The notes under the pieces were generated by a model. The model had not been told where the DNA came from and searched no databases. It saw nothing but the letters and a program-made list of their open reading frames with translations. The position numbers were made by a program, and so were the translations under genes. Shown here one piece after another: positions 1 through 11,577 of a DNA stretch of 64,000 nt. The stretch's first letter is position 1, and each line of letters opens with the position of its first letter. Source of the stretch: Camelus dromedarius (taxonomy: Eukaryota). The DNA lies in the NCBI RefSeq assembly GCF_036321535.1, contig NC_087437.1, forward strand, positions 116,438,001-116,502,000, read 5' to 3'.

Positions 1-95
1 TGTATATATATACACATACACACACATATACATATATCTGAATCTCTGTGCTATACACCAGAAATTAACACATTGCAAAATTCAATAAAAAAATG
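1..95 (+). mobile_element. L1 3' end, truncated by the window edge
   Basis: ctgaatctctgtgctatacaccagaaattaacacattg...ttcaataaaaaaa, the same tail seen in the other L1 copies in this window. Confidence 0.8.
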
Positions 96-2165
96 AAAAA
101 TAATTTTCAAAAGGATAATTGGGTTGAAAAACACTGGACTCCTCAATGACCAATTTTATTCCAACTTTTGACTCCCAGATAAACATTGCTTCCTCCTCTT
201 CAACCCCTTAAAAACTGGATTGCAGTGTTTACTAGGAGAGGACCCAAGTCCGACCTCTTCTAATCACATATTCTGCTGAAGACGTGCTTCCCTCGGGGAA
301 AGACTCTGAGGCACATTTGGTCATTTATTCTTGTGTCCGTTCATTCAGCAAATACGTGTGAGCCGCACTTTATGCTCTAGGTGCTGGAGAAATAACAGTG
401 AGCCAAACTCTTAAATTACTAGATTGAAAAATTATTAGGTTGGTGCTTCATTTAAAAAAAATCTTACAAAAGAGAACCAAATTCTGTAGGTTTTATTTAA
501 GATGACATTTTCCTTGGCTTATACATAGTACTTTGACCAGTAAAGCTTATTAAGTTAATAATACATTCACTAAACTTAAGATTTCGGTAGGGAACCTAAT
601 TTTATGATCTGGCTTAGATAAGTTGGTTGTTCAGGTCGACCTTTCTCATAAAGCAGATTACCTTGCAATTACATATACGGAACTTAGCTATTTCTGAAAA
701 TGCTCTCCCACGTCATATCCACTGCAGATGTCATTTATAAACTAATTACAGCACTGGAAGAGCTGCCTGGCTCACCAGTGAACATGGAAACCCTCAGTGT
801 GAACCAGTCCCTTGGATATCAGCAGACGTGTAGAAGAGATCACGTTACAGCTTCACTGAAATTTCTAAGGAGCGAGTGCAGTAACCAAAGAGGGGAAAGA
901 AATGGTGCCCCCCGTAATCCATTAAACATGACCTTCACTCCGTGGTGCCCAGGAGGACCTTCTGCATAGTGGGTTGTTACAGCTGAACATTTAATGACCC
1001 ACTGCACACCTTGGATAAATACTTGCAGGTGTCCTCACTCAGTCAAAGCGAAACTGCTGCTTGGTTTTGCCTCATCTGGACAAGTGGCAGGTAACGACAT
1101 GCAGGCTCTGAGAACTGCATCTCTGCTTTTACCTTGCAGATGGAAGCGTCTCCATCCATGGCCCCAGCACAGACACATGCATTTCTCGGGCATGTGCTCA
1201 CAAATGTTCAAAAACCCCAGTAGGTGCTGGGCAGCCTCATGGTCATCCCAGCTTCCCAAGCACAGCTGGGTTCTTTAGGACACATAATGCCTTCAGATGA
1301 GATACAGGGGCACCCAAGATGTTAGTCCCCAGACATAGGGAGAATTCTGTCTTCTGATCAACACGTACAACTTCTCTCCTAACCTCTAGGGGGCAAAAAA
1401 CATACTGCTTTGCATACAAGAAGTCAATAGTCACTCACTGAATGAAATGAAATAGTTCTCCATGACGCCATCAGGTACCACCTCAGTAATTAATGCACGC
1501 ATTCATGCATTTATCACCCAGGCAGATATTCATTTACTGAATAGACGTTTACTAAAGGCCGGCTGCTTACCAGGTGTGGTCAGCACAGATAAACGATTAC
1601 ATGATGACAGCCATGTGACTTCAGCATAAAGTGGTGAACTTTAACAAGCAGTGCTTTGAGAGTTTCTGGTCTTCAGTGGGTTTCACAGATTCCTAGTCAT
1701 AGACATTAACTAGCAATAGGATAATCCATGTGGTTCAAATTAACACTTGATGCCTTCCGCATGAGGACCCCTCCAGAGACCAGCTGTGACCCCCCACTGC
1801 AGGAACGCATTCATTTACTCATTCATTCACTCATTCACTGGCACAGACCTGGGAAAAGGCTGGCGAGGAGACAGTGAGCGTCTTGCAGCCCTCCCTCCAC
1901 CTTGGTTTTCTTTTGGGATCCTCAAAACTATTGGTTCTCTGGGCTCATAAAAATGCAGCTGAGCTCAGCTGCTGAAAGTTTGGTTAACGTGTTGCGTGAA
2001 CTCCTAAATGGACTCGCAGTGGAGACTCCATAGTGTCTACTCCACTCTCCTCAAAGGAACGGTACAAGAAAGAAACCAGTAACGCAGGGAAACACTTTCA
2101 TCTCTTCAGAAGAAGCTATATATATCCAAAGTGTGTTTGAGGAATCCATTGAAAAGATGCACAGA

Positions 2166-2331
2166 TGTACAGCACAGGGAACTACAGTCAATTTCTTGTA
2201 ATGAGCTGTAATGGAAAAGAAACTGAAAAAATACATACGTGTATGTATATGTATAACTGAATCACTTTGCTGTGCACCTGAAACTAACATTGCAAACTGG
2301 CTACACTTCAATAAAACATAAGAATTTTCTT
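2166..2331 (+). mobile_element. 5'-truncated L1 3' end with TSD
   Basis: tgtacagcacagggaactac...ctgaatcactttgctgtgcacctgaaactaac...cttcaataaaa. TSD aaaagatgcacaga (2152-2165) / aaaagatgaataga (2332-2345). Confidence 0.9.
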
Positions 2332-2509
2332 AAAAGATGAATAGAGGTGAACACAATCAAGAACTGATCACTTCAGGAAAAGCAAGTAAGACAAGAGAGT
2401 AAATTAAGAATCAGACCAGGATTAGTAACCAAAAAAGAGCGCACACCAGCACATGAGAACACATCACTGTTCAAGCAAGGACACGTACTGAGCTATCTGA
2501 TCCTTGCAC

Positions 2510-2610
2510 CACCACCAAGAAGCAGGTGTTGTTATTGTTATTACAGCTAGTCTCCAGATGAGGAAACCGGGGCACAGAAAAGTGAAGGGCCCTTGCTAGG
2601 AAACGCTGGC
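2510..2610 (-). mobile_element. MIR SINE fragment
   Basis: Core-like motif cagatgaggaaaccggggcacaga. Confidence 0.65.
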
Positions 2611-5600
2611 ACAGGGGTCCTCCCCGGTTGTCTGGTCCTGCTTCGTAATAAGACACTGGGTCCTTAGGAAGGGACATGGGGCCTTAATCTCTAGAGGGGA
2701 TCATAAAAGCTCAGCCCTCACTCTTTTCTTCACTATCCTGGAGAAAAAGGCAGTGGAAGGGACTATTAAAATGAGTCTAATGTCTCGAATTCTATGATTC
2801 TTTTTAAAGAATATGCCTATGTACATGGAAAAAGGACAAAAGAATCCAAAAAGAATCAAGCCTTAGCAGACCCTTGATGGGGTGATATCAATGAATTTAA
2901 CTTCCCTTTCTAAATTATTTTTTAAACCCCTACAATAATTGTTTCTGAAACAGGAGAAAAGAGCAAAGGTTTTATTACTGTTTTGTTGTTTAAACGATAC
3001 GTTATCCAGTGAATATACTGAACCTGTATTCACTTCAGGCTAAAGAAAACAAAAACCGTCCACTATCCTCGGGCAAGCAGTGGTGATTTTCAGAGAGGAT
3101 GCTCTCAGGGCTCCGTCCCGCACCAGAAACGAGTCTCCCAGTGCTGCAGCCCGGCACCAGCACCACACCACTGTGATCCCCGTGGCACCAGCACCCATAC
3201 AGACTGAGGAGATCAGAGAAGTCATTTTGCAAAAAAAAAAAAAAAAAAAAGCAGAAGTGGCGGAAGGCAGCATCGGGAAGGAAGCTTGTAGGGAGATGCT
3301 TCATGCAGTTTCACCAAAAGGTAACAAAACTGCACCATAAAGGTGGAGGGGGAACAGGTGCGGAGGAAGAAAGACCTGCATTCAAACAGGAGGCTCCTGA
3401 CATGTGACAGGGTCTTCCCACCAGATGAGCAAAAGCCCACAAACAAATGAGTCTTGAAAAGAAAAATGCCGCTTGGGGCAATTGCATGTCAATTCCACCA
3501 GAATACGTGCCGAGTGACTGTGTAAATAGAATCACCGGAGTGCGTTCGTGTACTAGGACCTTCCTGAGGCAGGACTACCCCCGGCCACAGCTGGCAGCCC
3601 CTCAGGGTCAGATGTTGTCCCTGCCTCCCCCGCTCAACAGCCAGCAGTACCTATGGGACACGCTCTGGAGGGAGGCTCGCCGTCGGACACTGTCTATCCT
3701 CTCGTCCATTGTGACGCAAAGCTCACAGGTGCTTTCTGATCAGGGAGGTCCCCTGGCACGAAGTGACCCAGCAATGAACAGGGGCTCAGTCTTCTCATTA
3801 CTTCAGGGACCCGCAGGAGATCTGGGTGGAGCCGTCGGGTTTCCATGCTTAGAGCATGTAAACATCGCTCCTTGGAGCGTTGCCAGGGCGGGAGCTGACT
3901 GCCTTTCAGGTGCTATTTATTTTGTTTAGTTTATTGTTCAGTGTTACTGTTTGTTGACTTGATATATTTTCTTTCCCCTACAAAGGGGCCAGTTGGTAAG
4001 GACATATCCTGTAGATGGAAAATTGATGATTCCCTATTGTTCAGTGTTGGTGTGTTGTGGTTTTATTTGCTTTGGTTCAAAGGACCTAAACAATGCCTTC
4101 ACTGGAATTTAATAACTGGTGTAAAATCGGCAGAGAACAATCTGCGCACTGAGATTTCTGTACCCAAATCGGGTGATCTCTGCTTGGCCAAAGAAAGCAA
4201 AATCTAAAATGACCTTTATGCTAAATAACCACAGGGGGGAAAAACCCTCCAATTGGATCTCAAAGAGGCTTATTTTTCAACAAAGACAAAAGCAGACTCA
4301 TGAATCATTCTCCAGGATTCAAAGGAGACTGAGATGCCCTCAGGGCTCAAGCCTTGCTCACTGACATTGTCTAATCGAGTTACACTCGTCTCCCCACAAA
4401 CCAGCGAAGACCAAGGCTGAGAACAAGGGACTAAAGCCATTACCGAAATGCTGTATTTCCACCTACTTCAAGATAGAGAATTCCGCCAGAAAATCTGTAG
4501 CAATAGGCTCATTCGCTCTGGTGGGGAGATAGTGAATAAACAGACCGTGCATTTGCAGAGGAAGTTTCCACTGGGAGCCTTTCCTGCGTCGGTGCACCCC
4601 TGGTCGGGCTGGCTATCTGTGTAGGAAGTGAACGCAGGAAATATCTGTCTACAAACCCTTTATCCTCAAGGTAATTGCTACAGCAGCATTTTACTGTTTA
4701 CCAAAGCAGTAAACATGCGGTCTAAAAAAAGATGTTTTCCATGTCCAAAAAACAAGGCTTAAAAAAAATATATGTGCGCTCATTTCATAACCAGCTTCTT
4801 ATCAAAACTGCCTGTGATATGACTGTGCTTCCAAGAATGAGTGAGTCAATGGGAACAGTTTTCTGGGTAGAACAGAAGCCTGTCTCTCAGGGATGCCCAA
4901 GAACAAAGCACGGTTTTCGTGGCTGGGATGCTGCTCTTGGAGGGTCCGTCTTACTTCTCCTCCTCTCTCGCAGGCTTAATGGAGTCACGGTCTTTGGCTG
5001 AACAGGTCAAGTCAGCAAGACTTCCCAGTTAATTTAAATCAATGGAATGGTTAATCCAGAAAGTCACTTGTCCTTGACCTGGGGCAATATTCTTATTTTA
5101 TATGTGGATATTAACATGCTTCTAGTGCTAGGAGTTCACACAAGATGAAATTAAAGACGGAACTCAGATGGAGACGTGTGGCTACCGCTTTTGAGACTCG
5201 CACCTGGAGCAGGCAGAGTCTGCTGCCAATCTTCTCTTTATTTCTTTACTCCAGATGAAAAGCTTGCACTGTCCCAGGTGCCCTGGGATGAGAGAACTGA
5301 CTGGGCACCTATGAGAGGCAGCGTGGGGTGAATGGAAGCAGGTCCCAGGCGAACCCCTGAGCATTGAAGATGTTCGGGAAGTCCTCCTCACCCTCACTGT
5401 TGTCCTTGCTGTGTTTAAAAGCTCCCGTTGGGTTGTTAACTCTTGCAAAGAGAAAGAAAGGGGCAGGAAGGAGTGTGAGACTGAGAAACAGAGAGAGAAG
5501 CAGAGGGTAGCGAGACCCCAGAGGTCTTCTCCAGGGCGGGCCGTGCAGAAGCGCAGGCCAACTCAGCAGCAAGCCTCCCTGGGCACCGTCACAAACAATG

Positions 5601-6480
5601 CAAAGTCCTGTGACTAACTGAGAACTCACTCTGCAGCAAGAGTTTTTATTTCTTAATAAAGAGAAAGAACATGTTAATCAGAGGAAAACTGGCTGCTTGG
5701 AAAAAAAAAAAGAATCAATTCACAACCTGTGGGAGAAATTGAGGGGGTTATCTTTTGTGGGGTTCCTCATTTTATTTCTAGAAGGAAAGTGTACTGTACT
5801 CCTGTGAATAATCACATTAGCTAACAAATATTAAGGACCTCGGATGTGCTCCATACAATTCCAACTCGGTTAATCCCATCACAGTCCTAGAAGGAGTGTG
5901 ATGGGATTACACTAGCGGTGACTCCCTTTTACGAATGGAAATAGCCAGACATCACAAGGTGAGTGACTCCTCCGGGTGGAAAGCCAGGAAGAGCGGTCCC
6001 ATTTCCTCAAGAAGGAACTAAAGCCAGGACAGGTGCGCTCACCTGCTGAGGTCTCACTGAATGCATGCTGAAGCCCCAGCCCCCAGCTCTCAGTCCAGCC
6101 TCGCCTCTATGCCTCCCTTTCCTTGTGAGCAAGATAAAACCAATCCTTTCCCCACAGAGGTTATTTTAAGGATGCAGAGAAGAAACAGAGTATCAAGTCC
6201 CTCCCGGGGCATCAGATAAACGCGGGCTGTGCTCTGTGCACCTGCAGTGCTTCTGGTGAACACCAGGTAACAACACCTCCACACAACACAGATCCTGAGG
6301 GGACTTTGCAATTTAAGACCACATACTTTTTTTTTTTTTGGACTTGGAGCAACCTCTTGGGAAATCTACCTCAAATTGAGACACAAACTAATTGTGTTGA
6401 CAAATTCTGAAGGGTTGTTTCAACTGCTTCCTCTTCCTCAAAGGTGAACATCATATGCATACAGTTAACTTTAAAAAATA

Positions 6481-6705
6481 GAAGGGATTAGGAGTTGGGA
6501 TTAATAGAGACACATTGCTGTATATAAAATAAATAAACAAGCACCTACTGTAGGGCACAGCGAATAACATTTAATGGAAAAGAATCTGAACTCTAAATAT
6601 GTATGTATGTGTGTAACTGAATCACTTTGCTGTACACATGAAACTAACATTGTAAATTGACTACACTTCACTAAAAAATAAGAATTAAAAAAAATAAAAT
6701 AAAAC
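6481..6705 (+). mobile_element. L1 3' end
   Basis: ggagttgggattaatagagacaca...ctgaatcactttgctgtacacatgaaactaacattgtaaattgactacacttca followed by an A-rich tail. Confidence 0.9.
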
Positions 6706-7792
6706 TCAATAAGACCCAAAGGGATCCAAAGAGAATGGGATGGTGAAGTTGCTATTGGCTGATGATTTGAATTCACGGATTTGGGGACCATGTGGATGGG
6801 GTTGGAGAGGGGAAGTGGAAGGGGGGACGGGAGAGTCTCTTCAGTGCTGACTGTGTCAGTATTGTTAAATGAAAAAGACAATGTGCTGTACTGTAATTTT
6901 ATAACGAAGAGAAAGATGTTAAATCATCAAGGTAGAATGATTGAAAACCCACTGTATTAGATTCAGGAGTGTGAATCCTCTGCATAATATGTTAGAAACA
7001 TTATTTTATTCTCCAGAATCTGACATGCATTGTCTCAGACAAAACCATTTGAAGTAACAGCCTTCATGTGAATGTTATGAGTGGATTATGATGTGGCTTT
7101 AAAAATAAATAATTGTGCTTGGCCTTGGCATTTCTTTTCTAAATGTCTCAGTACTTATCTGTGCCCAACAGCGGATTATCATCCTTCCCGGAGTTTAATT
7201 CCATGAACAGCCCTGCTGAAAGCCTTTGTAAGGCCTCATGGAAAACTCAGAGATGAGGCCAAGGAAGTGGATCCTTGGGGTGAGGGAACTTAAATCAGCA
7301 GCCGCTCTGGCCTCTGGAACCTCTGTCCCGTGACTATTGCCAAATATGGACAGAATTCTTGTCACCAAGCAGAGAGAATTGGGTGCTAGAGTTTTAGCTT
7401 TTGCATTTTCTAGTTCTTTATCTAGATTCGTCACCAAGAAAATAATCGTTGTGGCCAATGGGGTTTTTTCACACAAGAGTGAGAATGTGAGTTAGCCAGT
7501 TACAATAAATTTCATTATTTAAGGCATCACTGTATCATTTAATACATTGCTTTCTTTTTCCTGTATAGTAATTTAATATTTGGAGCAAGGGCAAATAGCA
7601 GGGAAGATAAGACATCGTATGATGATAAGTTGAAGGGAAGCAAAGACATCTGTGTGCCTTGAGCAAGTTCCCTAGCCTCTGTAGTCCTCTCTCCTCATCC
7701 AGACAGAAAGCACCAGGACTCAGGCTGCGGTGAGCATCTCTTGAGATGCTGTGAGATTCCAGCACAGAGCCTGGCAGAGAATGAGCCGCAGT

Positions 7793-8030
7793 GGGGAGGG
7801 TAGCGCTCAGTGGTAGAGTGCCTGCTTAGCACACACAAGGTTCTGGGTTCAATCCCCAGTACCTCCATTAAAAATAAGTAAGTATTTAAGATTTTTGCTT
7901 TTTGAAAGATACAGGTATCAGAACAAGAGAAATTCACATGATAGAAAGTTCTATTTGTTCATCATAATAAAGAATGGCAGAATTAATATGTAAATAAATA
8001 AACCTAATTGCCTCCCCAGCACCCCTCCCC
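7793..8030 (+). mobile_element. tRNA-derived camelid SINE (vic-1-like), interrupted by a ~106-bp insert
   Basis: GGGGAGGGTAGCGCTCAGTGGTAGAG (A box)...GGTTCAATCCCC (B box)...ACCTCCATTAAAAATA. The 3' part TAAATAAATAAACCTAATTGCCTCCCC resumes at 7991. Confidence 0.88.
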
Positions 8031-8639
8031 AAATAATGGAACTAGTCGTTATGAGAATGACTTCATCTGGATCATGAACTCAAGACACAACTGCCTTTTA
8101 CAAACGTTTTTTCTATGCTCCTTTCAACAGCAATTTAATTCTATTTAATTAATTTGTATGTAATTAGAACCATCTCTGAAGAAACACATTGACTTAAAAT
8201 CTGCAATGATGATTATATTACTGATACCTGAACCTTCTCTTTACAACTTCAAAGGATTTTAATCAAAAAGTATTGTCTCAACAAATATTTATTGAATCCC
8301 AACACTTTGCCAGTCTCTGTCGAGGACACAAAAGAGGTGGACAGACTATCACAACAGTACAAGTTCTGTGGTTTACAAAAGTAGACAGAGTCACGGCCAC
8401 AAACACGAGCAGAGCTGGGGGAACGTGTTCACAAGAGAGAGGACGAAGCACAGGAGTGGACAGAATGAGCAATAATCTTAACCTTTATAAAGCGTGCCTC
8501 TGCCAAATCCAATAGGGGAAATATGTGGGAAATAAACGTGATCAAACAGGGAATGAAAGTATAACTAAGAAAAAGATCCAGAGGTCACAGTGGCCACTAG
8601 CTGAAATAGGTTCACAGCAAAAAAAAAAAAAAAAAAAAA

Positions 8640-9240
8640 GTAATGAAATAGTATAATTATGGAAATACAAATAAAAATGAGACTCCACTTTTGCCTGTTG
8701 CAATGGCAAAGATTCAGAGTTAAATACTCAAGAGCTGTTGTGAGTGCAGTGGAACTGGTTAAGGGCTGGAAGTGGGAACTGGTACAGCCTTTCTAGAGAG
8801 TAAACTGGCCATCTTTTTTTAACTGGCAAATATTTAAATTTGAGTGACTTAAAAATATATATATATACCCACTGGTCTTTGCTAAGCTCCAATACTAATA
8901 AAACACATTTTTAACAAATTGTATAGAGTGCATTGCAATGTAACTAGTGAAAAACTGAAAGCAATATTATTTCCTACAACAGGATGTTGGTTATATAAAT
9001 AATAATGCTTATTTTAGATGGAATATAATTCTGCTTATCAAAAAATTTTAGTGACACGGGGAAATGTGTGTAAAACAACATTAACTGAGAAAGCAGGATG
9101 GTCAGGCAGACAAGAGGACAGACAGACAGTAGGGAGACACACACCAAATGTTGGTGCTTTTTCTCTAGCTGGTTAGGACTAGGAGCAATTTCTATTGATT
9201 TTTGTAATGATTTCTTTTTTTCATTTTCTCTACAGTGAGA
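8640..9240 (+). mobile_element. Ancient L1 (L1M-type) remnant
   Basis: ggaaatacaaataaaaatgagactccacttt...actggtacagcctttctagagagtaaactggc resembles a decayed ORF2 end and 3'UTR. Confidence 0.6.
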
Positions 9241-9779
9241 ATGTTTTATTACTCTAATTTGTACAAAACAACAAGATGCATTTCTCAAAATGAAGGAGAG
9301 GCTAGGTCAGTGGAGGTATACCAGTAGCCGGGTTCCAGCCCTAATCAGGAACAAGATGCCTTTTCAGGCCTCTGCCTTCCGTCAGTAACACAGCCAACAG
9401 CCTCCACCCTCAAAACAGGACGAAACCAACCCTCTGACCAGCCGTGCCTTTCAGGGGCCCCCGAGTTGCTCTCCTGCCCACGGGTTTATTACCTGTCCCA
9501 CTACACCCTTATCCAGGGACCCTTCTGAGCTACCCCCAACCACCCCACCCCCGACCTCCCCTGGCCCCCGTGTACCCCGCCCTGGCTGGGAGGCCGCGAT
9601 ATTTGCACGCAGAAGCGGCCTGTTATTCTCCCCGTCTCTTCAGAAGAAAGAGAACAGAGTCACATTGTCTCTGGGCTTCACAGCTGAAGCCGGGTAAATG
9701 GAAGACAGACAGAACTCCAAGCAGGGCCAGAAGACAATGCGATTTCTTAGGAAAGATGAGATCAACCTGGATTGTCTGA

Positions 9780-9910
9780 GGGCCTCGACCAGGTACTGAG
9801 CACCTACCAGAGGCTCCACCGCCCTGAACCTGCCACATGCTCCCACCTCACAGGTGAGGAAACGGGGGTCACACAGGTGAGGGCCCTCGCCCAGGGTCAC
9901 AGGACCAGGA
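9780..9910 (-). mobile_element. MIR SINE fragment
   Basis: cacaggtgaggaaacgggggtcacacaggtgagggccctcgcccagggtcac is a MIR core-like sequence. Confidence 0.6.
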
Positions 9911-10503
9911 AGGCTTCAAATGCAGGTATGTCTGTGGCCACAGAATATAAGAAAAGAAACCTCAGGGACGATCGGACAGCATCCCCAGGCAGAGAAGAGC
10001 TGTCCCCCGTTCTGCCAGGACAAGAGGGGAGGACGGGTCCCTGCTGCGCTGGAGGCGTTCCCCGCCCTAAAGGAAAGATCCTCCCCCAGCAGGTGTGCCC
10101 CCAGCACTAGAAAGGCCTGGAGACTGTCCCTGTCACACACTCTTCTCAGAAGGTCGTACGCTCCAGGGACAGCCTCCAGCTCTGACTTTCCCACGGCTTC
10201 CCCGGCTGTGATTCTCCTCTGTGTCTGCCGCTCAATCATCCACCTGCCAAGTTACCAGGACGCCAAGGCGGGATGTTCTGCTCTGGGTCCCCACAGAGGA
10301 AACCTGTAGTCTGCAGTTCTGAACACAGAAGTCCTCTTTTTTCTGAAGGCAACCAGTAACAGTTGTTCCATCAATGTATTTTATTTTTACAGATGCTTTT
10401 TCAAGAGACGTTAATAAGTGTATGTGGGGGGGGCACTTCAGCAAAAATCTGTTTTGTAAAAAAACAATTTTAATGAAATAATCACTTTAAAGAAAACATA
10501 GAT

Positions 10504-10651
10504 GGGGTGGGCATAGTTCAGTGGCAGAGTGCATGCTTAGCATGCACAAGGTCCTGGGTTCAACCCCCAGTACCTCCATTAAAAATAAATAAATCTAATT
10601 ACCTCCCCACTAAAAAGTTTAAAAATTAATTAATTTTTTAAAATTTTTTAA
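10504..10651 (+). mobile_element. tRNA-derived camelid SINE (vic-1-like), full length with TSD
   Basis: A and B boxes (tagttcagtggcagag / ggttcaacccc), body end acctccattaaaaataaataaatctaattacctcccc, AT-rich tail. TSD aaagaaaacatagat (10489-10503) / aaagaaaacataaat (10652-10666). Confidence 0.92.
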
Positions 10652-11250
10652 AAAGAAAACATAAATAATTAAGAAATGGTTCAGACTTTCAGAACATGCC
10701 CTGAGAGCACTGTAGTCCCACGTAAGCATATTTAATGGGAAAAATTATCCACAAACTCTATCCTTCCCAATTCCCTTTTCCACAGCCACCAAGCTGGCGT
10801 GCCCAGGCTCAGAGAGCTGGGGAGAAGCATGCTGAGCCCCAAGAGGACAGACTGTGTCCAGAGCCACCCACTGTTCCAAGTCATTTGAAAATAATGGCCC
10901 GTAATTCCACTTTTAAGCCAGGACAGGAGATAGGGACTGCTCTGGAAACAGGACGTTTACATAGTGGGACAGCAGTATTTCATGTATTCTGCGCCTTCCG
11001 TTGTCACAGAGTCCCCTCAAGTAACAAGGGAAGAAACATTTCAAACTGCACTTAGGCTGAGGGGTTGGGGACAGTTCAAGCGTCTAGAGCCATTAAACCC
11101 ATCCATCACCTCCATCAACATCCTACGAAGACATGAACTCCCTTCGTATAACCCTGAGCTTGTACATAAGCTGGCTTCACACATGATAACAAATATTCTG
11201 TGAGTGCCTGCTACGTGCAAGGCAGAAAATAGATAAAGGAAGCCTTATAT

Positions 11251-11577
11251 TTTTTAATTAATTCTTTTTTCCTACTATAGTTACTGTACACTATTATATG
11301 TACAGTAGAGTGATGCATAGGTTTTAAAGGTTATCTTCCCTTTCTAGTTATTATAAAATGCTGCCTGTACTCCCTGTGTTGTACACTATGTCCTTGCAGC
11401 TTATTTTACACGTAACAGTTTGCCCTTTTACTCCCCCACCCTGTGGGTCCCCTCCCCCATCCCTGTCCCCACGGCTAACCACCGGTTTGTTCTCTGTGTC
11501 AGTGAATCTGCTCTTTTTTGCTACATTCACACGTTTGTTGTATAGCTTAGACTCCACACATAAGTGGTATCGTACTG
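11251..11577 (-). mobile_element. L1 3' end
   Basis: Reverse-oriented L1 3'UTR: ...ctccctgtgttgtacac...ggtttgttctctgtgtcagtgaatctg...ttagactccacacataagtg. Confidence 0.85.

Noticed and set aside
3050..3250. GC-rich stretch ending in A20 as a processed pseudogene
   Set aside because: No poly(A) signal, TSD or recognisable protein similarity.
7793..7866. tRNA-like sequences (also 10504 and 22437)
   Set aside because: A and B boxes are present, but they continue into a shared SINE body and tail, with TSDs in two cases. They are SINE heads, not tRNA genes.
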